Virus record (IMG/VR): IMGVR_UViG_3300042318_000047
Span: 1 to 38,029 of that record
Strand: one strand, 5' to 3'
DNA from: a virus
Lineage: Duplodnaviria; Caudoviricetes
Length of the DNA: 38,029 bases
Within the stretch, counting starts at the first letter, position 1. Each line of letters starts with the position of its first letter. Positions 16,138-23,326 of this stretch are shown here, piece by piece. Made by a program: the position numbers and the translations under genes. The notes under the pieces are model-generated. The model searched no databases and was not told where the DNA came from. It worked only from the letters and a program-made list of their open reading frames with translations.

Positions 16138-16370
16138 GAGACACGATAGACATGGCCCGTGAGGCTGGTGGACGAGCGCAACAGAACAAGAACTGTGATG
16201 TTGAATACCTGATGTCGGCTGATGCACTCAAAGCCTTTGAAGCCCTTGTTCGTGCTGATGAGCGTGAGGCGTGTGCAAAGGTGTGTGAGAACTGGACTCA
16301 AACGCCTGAAACAACTGGTATGGAGCTTGCCTTGTGCGCCACTGCCATCCGAGCAAAGGTAAACACATGA
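16134..16370 (+). CDS. Hypothetical protein
   Basis: 'MAREAG...EREACAKVCE...AIRA' motif widespread in phage nin regions. Confidence 0.7.
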   Translation: MRDTIDMAREAGGRAQQNKNCDVEYLMSADALKAFEALVRADEREACAKVCENWTQTPETTGMELALCATAIRAKVNT

Positions 16371-16825
16371 GGAAGGTTTGTCGCCGCAAGATATATCAAT
16401 TGGTCAACCCAATAGCACACGCCATTGCTGGCGCAGGTATTACAACAGACGATTGCCTTAAACAACTTAAAGACAAAGAGCTTGCCGCCATCGAATCTAT
16501 GCGTATAGGCAAAGCTACTGTCTACACATGGCAAGAACTGGTAGACATGAACAACATATGTCAGGTCATGGCAAGGAACGGCATTGGGCCAGAAGCACTG
16601 CCTGACTCCATGATGGCTGAGATTGAGCTAAAACACGCCGCCAAGCGATTTGAAGCCACAGGTAAGATGCTGCTCACAGGTACAGGTTTAAGAGCCATAA
16701 ACGAGGTTTTGGAGTGGCATCACCTTCAGCGTTCATCAGTCAGTCGCTCAGAATACGAGCGCATGATCGAAAAAACCCGCAACAAAATTCGCTCTAGGTC
16801 AAAAGACGTTACGGTTATACAATGA
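16367..16825 (+). CDS. Hypothetical protein
   Basis: ATGA-coupled; start reassigned to MRKVCRRK. Confidence 0.7.
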   Translation: MRKVCRRKIYQLVNPIAHAIAGAGITTDDCLKQLKDKELAAIESMRIGKATVYTWQELVDMNNICQVMARNGIGPEALPDSMMAEIELKHAAKRFEATGKMLLTGTGLRAINEVLEWHHLQRSSVSRSEYERMIEKTRNKIRSRSKDVTVIQ

Positions 16826-16842
16826 TGGAAGGAGAATCCACC

Positions 16843-17232
16843 ATGAAATTCAGCATCAAAGAAGCCCCTCAAAACGTCATGGGCGAATTCGCTATGTGCT
16901 TGCTCAATGGCGTGACAGCAGGGCATATCCACCACCTTGGCACTGACAGCTACTCACAGCATATGGCTTTGGGTGATTTCTACGATGGCCTTGACGATCT
17001 GTCAGACAAATTTATTGAGGCATACCAAGGCCGATACTCGAAAATAATTTTCGCGGAAAAGGCACTTTTTCTGGGGGAAAATGGTTTGGCGCTTGTTCAG
17101 TATGTCTGTGACCAAATCGAAAGCTACCGCAAAATGCCCGGTTTTCCGCAAGACAGTGAACTGCAAAACATCGTGGATGAACTGCTTGACTTGGCAGATT
17201 CCACCAAATACAAGTTGAGATTTCTAAAATAA
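16843..17232 (+). CDS. Ferritin/Dps-like four-helix protein (DUF5856-like)
   Basis: 'HIHHL.T.SYSQHMALGDFYD....DKFIEAYQG' and 'LQNIVDE...TKYKL'; AAGGAGA RBS before ATG 16843. Confidence 0.7.
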   Translation: MKFSIKEAPQNVMGEFAMCLLNGVTAGHIHHLGTDSYSQHMALGDFYDGLDDLSDKFIEAYQGRYSKIIFAEKALFLGENGLALVQYVCDQIESYRKMPGFPQDSELQNIVDELLDLADSTKYKLRFLK

Positions 17233-17432
17233 TGCCACTCATTAAGAAACAATCAGGCTGGTATTGGGGTTCGCAAGGGCCATTCGATACAAAAGCTAAA
17301 GCACTGGCAGTTTCTCGGGCTGCTTACGCTTCTGGCTACAAAGCACAGAGCAAAGATGTGATTTCCTACAGGATTGACGAAGGTTCTTGGAAACCATCAG
17401 CAAATCTGGTCAGAAAATTTGAGAAGGCTTAA
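17232..17432 (+). CDS. Small basic hypothetical protein
   Basis: 'GWYWGSQGPF.TKAKA....AAYASGY'; TAATG coupling. Confidence 0.65.
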   Translation: MPLIKKQSGWYWGSQGPFDTKAKALAVSRAAYASGYKAQSKDVISYRIDEGSWKPSANLVRKFEKA

Positions 17433-17478
17433 ACAATTTTTTTGTATTTTCTTCAGATTTCCGGAAAGGGAAATTTTT

Positions 17479-17505
17479 TGCCTAGTCCAGCTAGGCATTT
17501 TTTTT
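17479..17505 (+). terminator. Intrinsic terminator of the rightward operon
   Basis: TGCCTAG-TCCAG-CTAGGCA followed by T8. Confidence 0.8.
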
Positions 17506-17855
17506 CTTCTAAATTTTTTTTCCGAAATGCGTAGTTGGCTTTTAGACTTTTCTGGCCTTTATTAAGCACTTGGTTATATAAGCCATATGCCATGTGTGTA
17601 AGCACTCACTTCGCATCAGAATAAACCCCTACTACGTAGGGGAAAACCCGTAAGGGTAAACCCTTAATTTGTCTGGTTGCAGCAGCACAGGCAGACCAGC
17701 AGCAGACCACAAACCAGACCATGCCACCACAAAGGCCCACATCAGGCCCACAGTAGACCATTTGCCCTGTGCATGTAGGGTAGTGGCTTGACCATCTAAA
17801 AATGGCTTGTAGACCCCTACATCAAGAAGTGAGCACTCACTTACATAACAGGCCC

Positions 17856-17881
17856 AAAAAAACCCGGTCTAAGACCGGATT
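17856..17881 (-). terminator. Intrinsic terminator of the leftward small-gene operon
   Basis: Minus strand reads AATCCGGTC-TTA-GACCGGG followed by T7, 18 nt after the 17899 stop. Confidence 0.8.
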
Positions 17882-17898
17882 CTCTTGGGGCTGTTTAG

Positions 17899-18135
17899 TC
17901 AGGCCAGACACCAAAAATCATCCCTGTGTACTTCTCTTGGCTCTTGATCTTCTGGCCCATTTAAAAGAAAGACATCTAGTAAACCACATCCCCAAATAGT
18001 ATCAACAATATAAAGCTGCACAGGCTGCCCATAATCATCAAGGCAGACCCCGACAGAGTTGATGCAGATTTCTTTTGGCATTTTGTAATCTGCCTTCTCT
18101 TGTAATTCAATATCCAATTCAGAAAAATAACTCAT
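17899..18135 (-). CDS. Small acidic hypothetical protein
   Basis: AAGGAGA RBS; last gene before the terminator. Confidence 0.7.
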   Translation of the reverse strand: MSYFSELDIELQEKADYKMPKEICINSVGVCLDDYGQPVQLYIVDTIWGCGLLDVFLLNGPEDQEPREVHRDDFWCLA

Positions 18136-18149
18136 TTTAATATCTCCTT

Positions 18150-18800
18150 TTAATGTAATTCATAAGACACAGGCACAGCAGACCAGCAGACCCTGCACTC
18201 TTTGCACTCACCACCCTGTGTAGGTGCTTTACAAGCTTCGCCAATAGGTGAGCCAGTATGTACATTAGATACAGTGATATTTTTAATACCCTGTAGGCTG
18301 CTTGGCACTTTTACTGGTTGATCTGGATACATAGCAGATAACCGAATAATAAGATTATCGGGAAGACTGCCATATTTAGAGATATATTCTTTAATCATTG
18401 AATATTCTCTTGTAGGTAGCCAGTGCATGGTGTCTGGTGTCTGTGCTGCTACCTGTGCGATTTTCTCCAAGTGCCACAGGCCTTGAAGGTCTCCACTGTC
18501 GTGCCATCTGAAGTAAGCATCAAGCCCAATTAAAGCCACCATTGATGCAACCCAGTGCTCACTAGTCAGAGAATCTAATCTAGCGTGTTGTGCAGGCTGT
18601 ATGGTGTTTTGATACATCGAATAGAAACCCTTGTCTGCATAACAAGTGCTGCAAATGCTGCCTTTAATCTGTGCCATTTTGTAACCAGTAATACAAGCCA
18701 CAGTAGGCAGAGAATAAGACTTACAAGGCATCTTAGAAGTTTGAGTTAATCCACCATTAATAGTGGAAGCCACTTTTTTAAGCATAAATATTTTGTGCAT
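18150..18800 (-). CDS. GP88-family protein (radical-SAM-like Cys motif)
   Basis: 'TSKMPCKSYSLP', C-x13-C-x2-C-YA, 'YFRWHDSGDL', 'HWLPTRE', 'NLIIRLS', C-terminal C-x8-C-x2-C-x2-C. Confidence 0.8.
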   Translation of the reverse strand: MHKIFMLKKVASTINGGLTQTSKMPCKSYSLPTVACITGYKMAQIKGSICSTCYADKGFYSMYQNTIQPAQHARLDSLTSEHWVASMVALIGLDAYFRWHDSGDLQGLWHLEKIAQVAAQTPDTMHWLPTREYSMIKEYISKYGSLPDNLIIRLSAMYPDQPVKVPSSLQGIKNITVSNVHTGSPIGEACKAPTQGGECKECRVCWSAVPVSYELH

Positions 18801-18825
18801 TTTGTCTTCTCTTGTGTTGTGTTGA

Positions 18826-18921
18826 TTAATAAGTCAGGATATCAAAATAGGCCAGTGCAAAACCACACAGCACAAGGCCCAAAAGAATCGCTGTCAATAT
18901 GTCCAATATAGTTTCTTTCAT
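18826..18921 (-). CDS. 31-aa membrane peptide (MKETILDILTAILLGLVLCGFALAYFDILTY)
   Basis: Hand-translated; AAGGAGA RBS like its neighbours. Confidence 0.7.
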   Translation of the reverse strand: MKETILDILTAILLGLVLCGFALAYFDILTY

Positions 18922-18933
18922 TTCTGTTTCTCC

Positions 18934-19218
18934 TTAGATTGTTGATTCATAAACTTCAGACCATTCATTCATAAATGGCGTACAGGTGTAGTCCACCACT
19001 GTTTCATCATCTTCAAGACCAAAGGCAGACACTAAAGCCCATCCAATAATGGCGTCTTTCTGCCTGAATCTAAGCTGTGCTTCTTCCACTGATTCAATGG
19101 CATCAATGATGGCCTTGTAACCAGTGCTTCTTTTAACTTGCCATTCTTCACCATCCCACACAGAGACAGTGCAACCCATTGACAAGGCATGCTTGATTAA
19201 GTGCTTGTAGGCTTTCAT
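18934..19218 (-). CDS. Hypothetical early protein
   Basis: AAGGAGA RBS; 'TVSVWDGEEW' motif. Confidence 0.75.
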   Translation of the reverse strand: MKAYKHLIKHALSMGCTVSVWDGEEWQVKRSTGYKAIIDAIESVEEAQLRFRQKDAIIGWALVSAFGLEDDETVVDYTCTPFMNEWSEVYESTI

Positions 19219-19230
19219 CTTGGTTTCTCC

Positions 19231-19455
19231 TTAAATTAAGTCTGTCAAGGCGCACGACTGCTGCAGTCTGCTTGGTTGTGTTGCCCATTTATTAAGAGTG
19301 TCATAAGCATCCTTTTTATCGTCTGTGTGATAGTCAGCATCTTTTAAGACTTTCCCGTTTTCGTAAAACTTGACCACATATTCATTCCACTCAGCGTTTC
19401 TATACAGAGTGGCTTTAAAGCCTTGACCGTTATCAATACCAAGAATTTTTCGCAT
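19231..19455 (-). CDS. Hypothetical early protein
   Basis: AAGGAGA RBS; 'EWNEYVVKFY...DYHTDDK.DA' motif. Confidence 0.75.
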   Translation of the reverse strand: MRKILGIDNGQGFKATLYRNAEWNEYVVKFYENGKVLKDADYHTDDKKDAYDTLNKWATQPSRLQQSCALTDLI

Positions 19456-19467
19456 GGCGTCTTCTCC

Positions 19468-19692
19468 TTATTTGCCTGTGGCGTAGTTATGCAGGGTCTT
19501 CACATAGTCACGAAATGATTTATGGGACTTGGCATTCATGTACCAAGCCACCACTACAGTGCCTGACTTCCTGACACCTAAGAAGATGCCCTTGTTAGTC
19601 TTGTCTCCTGCATAGACCCATTGACCGGGTTGAATGTGCTTATAGAAAGCATCGGGCATGGCCCACACATTGAATGCTGGTTGATATTTCAT
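19468..19692 (-). CDS. Hypothetical early protein
   Basis: Start reassigned to MKYQPAF (AGGAGA RBS); 'IQPGQWVYAG...KGIFLG' SH3-like pattern. Confidence 0.7.
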   Translation of the reverse strand: MKYQPAFNVWAMPDAFYKHIQPGQWVYAGDKTNKGIFLGVRKSGTVVVAWYMNAKSHKSFRDYVKTLHNYATGK

Positions 19693-19937
19693 TTTGATTC
19701 TCCTGTAGTGGCTTTCTTGATAACAGACAAGATGTACTGGCATTCGGTATCCATTGCAGGGTCAAGGCCCATTTGCATGGTGCTTCTCTCAATGCTTGTA
19801 TATGCCACTTTGAGGGCCAGCAGCAGCTCAGGAGCAGCATCTAATAAAAACTGGTTTTGCATGGTTCTTTCCTTTTCCAATTTTTTAGAGAGTCGCTCTA
19901 TCCAAGAGGAATCAAAAGGGTTTTTTGTGGTGGTCAT
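19689..19937 (-). CDS. Hypothetical early protein
   Basis: Start reassigned to MTTTKNP (AGGAGA RBS); 'AAPELL.ALK' motif. Confidence 0.7.
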   Translation of the reverse strand: MTTTKNPFDSSWIERLSKKLEKERTMQNQFLLDAAPELLLALKVAYTSIERSTMQMGLDPAMDTECQYILSVIKKATTGESK

Positions 19938-19959
19938 GGTGTTTTCTCCTGTGGGTTGA

Positions 19960-20190
19960 TTACTTGCAGACTTTGACTTTAAGGCCACCTTTAGGGCCAA
20001 TGGTGAATTGGACAATGAAGTGAGTGTCAAACCAGTGCTTTGACTGTGTGTTGCTGCCTTGAATGAATACCTTGTCTCCTATCTCATCCATAGTGAAAGT
20101 CAACTCACCACCGATGTATTTGCAAGTTTTCCACTCAACATACTCACGTTTAGTGACTGTCTGTGCTACTTTGATTTGCTTGCTGTTCAT
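19960..20190 (-). CDS. Hypothetical early protein, first gene of the operon
   Basis: AAAGGA RBS; 'IGPKGG' C-terminal motif. Confidence 0.7.
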   Translation of the reverse strand: MNSKQIKVAQTVTKREYVEWKTCKYIGGELTFTMDEIGDKVFIQGSNTQSKHWFDTHFIVQFTIGPKGGLKVKVCK

Positions 20191-20251
20191 AATTTAATCC
20201 TTTGGTTTGCTAAACTGTGTATGGGCTGCGTCATCCTGTCCCATGCTTTGG

Positions 20252-20296
20252 ATTTTAGTGTTATCCACACAAAACTATTCTTAGGGATAACCCTAT
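20252..20296 (-). promoter_or_regulatory. Putative leftward early promoter: -10 TAAAAT, DnaA box in the spacer, TAGGG-N4-CCCTA dyad upstream
   Basis: ATTTTA 20252-20257; TTATCCACA 20261-20269; TAGGGATAACCCTA 20282-20295. Confidence 0.5.
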
Positions 20297-20576
20297 GTTT
20301 CTATAGAAAGTCTGCACATATAGATATATGCAGCATCTAGATGGGCTGAATGAATCTGCCTGTTTTTTGAGCAAAGCCAATAGAAGGCCTACAAGGCACT
20401 TTTTAGCCCACTTGGGCTTTCCCCATGCTTACCCCTTGGCAAAAGTTATCCACACTGGTAGTGCTATTCATCCACAGATTTTGGTCTTATATAAGACTGA
20501 CAACCTGTGTATAACTCTGGCCCACATCTTGCACATCTGTGGATAAATTGACGTTTTGTGGATAACGTGTGGATAA
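20261..20576. promoter_or_regulatory. Cluster of DnaA boxes
   Basis: TTATCCACA at 20261 and 20446; TCATCCACA at 20468; reverse TGTGTATAA at 20506; reverse TGTGGATAA at 20538, 20557 and 20568. Confidence 0.85.
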
Positions 20577-20583
20577 TGGCTAG

Positions 20584-21009
20584 ATGCCCACATCACCACC
20601 CACACAGTGCAGCAAATACAGGTGCAAGCATCCCTCTGTCAAAGGAAGCAGCTTTTGTGCAGAGCATGCACCACCCAAGACCACCACCCAAGACAGACAA
20701 GCATTCAATGCCCATTACAAGACTGCTGCATGGGCCAAGCAAAGAGCCATTCAGTTATCTAAACAGCCACTCTGTCAGGCCTGTTTATTGAATAACCAGA
20801 TAACCCAAGCAGAGCATATTGACCATTTATTCGCATGGTCTGCACTTGGTGAATATGCCTTTAAATCCAACATATTTCAAAGCCTGTGCGAATCCCATCA
20901 TTCATTCAAAACAGGTCTTGAATCAAAGGGTATATACAGACATTACACAGTTAATGGGGAAAAGGATTATTCCCTTTCTGATTATCATTCTGTAATTACT
21001 TCTGGTTAA
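20584..21009 (+). CDS. Terminase-associated HNH endonuclease (HK97 gp74-like)
   Basis: N-terminal C..C..C..H, 'QPLCQAC', 'HIDH', 'QSLCESHHSFKT'; immediately upstream of terS. Confidence 0.85.
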   Translation: MPTSPPTQCSKYRCKHPSVKGSSFCAEHAPPKTTTQDRQAFNAHYKTAAWAKQRAIQLSKQPLCQACLLNNQITQAEHIDHLFAWSALGEYAFKSNIFQSLCESHHSFKTGLESKGIYRHYTVNGEKDYSLSDYHSVITSG

Positions 21010-21109
21010 TATCCACCATTACCCTGTGCATCCATACAGTACACATCCCATTATGTAATGCTTGTGTTTGCAATATAGCATCAACAAGCCATGCCATCCC
21101 TCAAAAAGT

Positions 21110-21200
21110 AGTACCCATGCCGTACCAAGCGGACAATTTGAAACTAAAAGTTTGCGCTTTGGCGTAGGAGCAGGCGCGGGGACGATTGCGTAGAGATGCA
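21110..21200. other. Predicted cos/genome-end region
   Basis: HNH-cos-terS order is standard in HK97-like cos phages; GC-rich AGCAGGCGCGGGG stretch; abrupt change in CG frequency at ~21120. Exact cut site cannot be assigned. Confidence 0.5.
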
Positions 21201-21273
21201 AAGTCAGGAGTGGGTGTACGAACTGTCGGTTTGTGGTACGCTAAAGCATGACAAGACAACAGGAACTAACCCT

Positions 21274-21645
21274 ATGGCAAAAAAACCTCGTCACATTCTC
21301 GGCTACTTAAACGACCCTTCCACTTGGGACAGGTCTGCGTTTGAGACTGCTATTCGCGCTGAAGTCGAAGCCTCGACAGGAACGCTCACGGCATCAGATG
21401 AGTTGCTTGTTGGTGCGCTAGTCATTACTGTTGACAGTATGCTGACAGCAGAAATCAACATCCGTGAGCAAGGCCACACGTTTACTTACAACTCAGGGGA
21501 TGCCACAAGTCCGTGGTACAAGATTCGTACTGAGATGGCTGACAAGGCTGTCAAGATGCTGGCTGAGTTGGGGCTTGTTGCCCGTGGTCGCCCAAAGTTG
21601 AAGGCAAAAGTGAGTGATGTAGATGAGCTATTCGCCACTGCTTAA
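21274..21645 (+). CDS. terS: Terminase small subunit (P27-like)
   Basis: AGGA RBS; 'IREQG...SPWYKI...LAELGL..RGR'; overlaps terL. Confidence 0.8.
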   Translation: MAKKPRHILGYLNDPSTWDRSAFETAIRAEVEASTGTLTASDELLVGALVITVDSMLTAEINIREQGHTFTYNSGDATSPWYKIRTEMADKAVKMLAELGLVARGRPKLKAKVSDVDELFATA

Positions 21646-23302
21646 CCCTGCGTTTGAGTATGCGGTAGCGGTAACTAGGGGTGACATTCAGGCGTGTGAG
21701 GATGTCAAACTAGCTTGCCAACGGTTCTTGGATATGGTCGAACGTAAGGATGCGCCTTACGAGTTTGTCCCTGCCAAGGCTGAACACATCCTTAAATTCG
21801 TCAAGTTCTGCCGCCATGTCAAAGGTCCAGATGCCGGGAAGCCAATTGAGCTACAGCCGTTTCAGGTTATGTACTTGGCTGGCGTTTACGGGTTTAGGGA
21901 CAGGCGTGACCACTCCTTCCGTTATGTCACTGATGTCATTTTGTTCGTTCCTCGTAAGTCAGGCAAGACAACCATTGCGTCCATCATTGCGCTGTATGAG
22001 TTGCAGTTTGGTGATGCTGGTGCTGAAGTGTTTACTCTGGCTACCAACAGGGATCAAGCGTCTATTTGCTTTGATTCGTCCAAGGCTATCGTAGAAAACA
22101 TGAGGCCAGAGTTGGGAGCTAAGTTTATTGCCTACCGCAGTGAACTGAAGAAGGCTGGCGACTCGACCTCTACTTACCGTGCGCTGTCACGCGAAAACCG
22201 TAAGACAGGTGACGGTAAGAACCCGTCCTGTGCAATGATTGATGAGGCTGCTCAGATTACTGAGAGACAGTCTATTGAGGTCTTGCATTCGGGTATGGGC
22301 GCTCGCAAGAACCCTTTGAGGATGTACCTGACAACTGCCAGCTTTACTAAGGAAACCAAGTTCTTTGAAGACCTTTCGCACTACCGTAGCGTGTTGCGTG
22401 GCGCTGCTCCTGATAGTCATCGCTGGTTTGGCCTACTTTATAGCATTGACCCCGGCGATAATTGGGCTGACCCTGCGGTATGGGGCAAAGCGAACCCGAT
22501 GCTTGGGATATCGGTCACGACTCAGCACATTCAGCAAATGGCTGAAGAAGCGTCTGCCAAGCCAGCAAGCCTGAACGAGTTCCTGTGTAAGCAGTTGAAT
22601 ATCTATGTATCGGCTAATTCTGCTTGGGTTGACAGAAGACATTGGGATGAATCGGTCACTCCAATGCCGAAAGAAAAGCCTGAAGCTACATTTGTTGCTT
22701 TTGACTTGGCTCACACGCGAGATTTGAATGCTGTTTGCACTTTGCACAGATACAGCGAAGAAGATTTTTATGCCAAGTTCCAATTCTTTCTACCGGAAGA
22801 ATCTATTGACTTAATTCCAAACCACTACAAGAGCATATTTTCTCAGGCTCATGCAAGTGGCATTTTAAGGCTCACGCCGGGTAACGTAACCGACCTTAAT
22901 GAAGTTGAGTCGTACATTAAACAAGAATGCGAAAAGCACAGCGTTAAAGAAGTTGGCTACGATCCATATAACGCAGCCGCTTTGGTAGCTAACCTGTACG
23001 CTGATGGATTACCTGTAAAGAAAGTTGGTCAGGGTATGGCTATGTTGTCAAACCCGTCTAAGACCACTGAGCAATTGATTCTGAAGAAGGCAATTCACCA
23101 TGATGGCAACCCGTTTGTTGGTTGGCAACTAGGTAACTGCGAGGTTTACACCGATGTCAACGGCAACGTAAAAGTCAGGAAGAATGAAGCAGACCCGTCA
23201 GCCAAAGTGGACGGTATTATTGCCATGATTATGGCTTTGCACTGCCATTTGGATAACGTGTTTGTCAGTGATTCATTTGGCTTTAGAGCAATAGAGTGGT
23301 AA
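21623..23302 (+). CDS. terL: Terminase large subunit
   Basis: 'LQPFQ', Walker A 'VPRKSGKT', Walker B 'AMIDE', 'TTA' motif C, nuclease 'FDL', 'YDPYN', 'KVDGIIA'. Confidence 0.97.
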   Translation: MSYSPLLNPAFEYAVAVTRGDIQACEDVKLACQRFLDMVERKDAPYEFVPAKAEHILKFVKFCRHVKGPDAGKPIELQPFQVMYLAGVYGFRDRRDHSFRYVTDVILFVPRKSGKTTIASIIALYELQFGDAGAEVFTLATNRDQASICFDSSKAIVENMRPELGAKFIAYRSELKKAGDSTSTYRALSRENRKTGDGKNPSCAMIDEAAQITERQSIEVLHSGMGARKNPLRMYLTTASFTKETKFFEDLSHYRSVLRGAAPDSHRWFGLLYSIDPGDNWADPAVWGKANPMLGISVTTQHIQQMAEEASAKPASLNEFLCKQLNIYVSANSAWVDRRHWDESVTPMPKEKPEATFVAFDLAHTRDLNAVCTLHRYSEEDFYAKFQFFLPEESIDLIPNHYKSIFSQAHASGILRLTPGNVTDLNEVESYIKQECEKHSVKEVGYDPYNAAALVANLYADGLPVKKVGQGMAMLSNPSKTTEQLILKKAIHHDGNPFVGWQLGNCEVYTDVNGNVKVRKNEADPSAKVDGIIAMIMALHCHLDNVFVSDSFGFRAIEW

Positions 23303-23326
23303 AGTGTAGAAAATTGAGGGGAAATC

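Noticed and set aside
17590-17850. CRISPR-like mini-array or tRNA
   Set aside because: Repeats are 11 nt or shorter and irregularly spaced; no cloverleaf or T-loop consensus was seen.
17374-17999. ORF-track entries 17374..17565 and 17802..17999
   Set aside because: They cross terminators and T-tracts, lack RBSs and give low-complexity translations.
20221-20244. ATGGG...CCCAT hairpin in the early leader as a nut/boxB or Csr site
   Set aside because: Only a 5-bp stem, single instance and no N-like gene recognised.
20059-20791. Plus-strand ORFs 20059..20340, 20328..20546 and 20558..20791
   Set aside because: They overlap real genes or read through the DnaA-box array (IHT/IHP/VDN-type translations), with no RBS.
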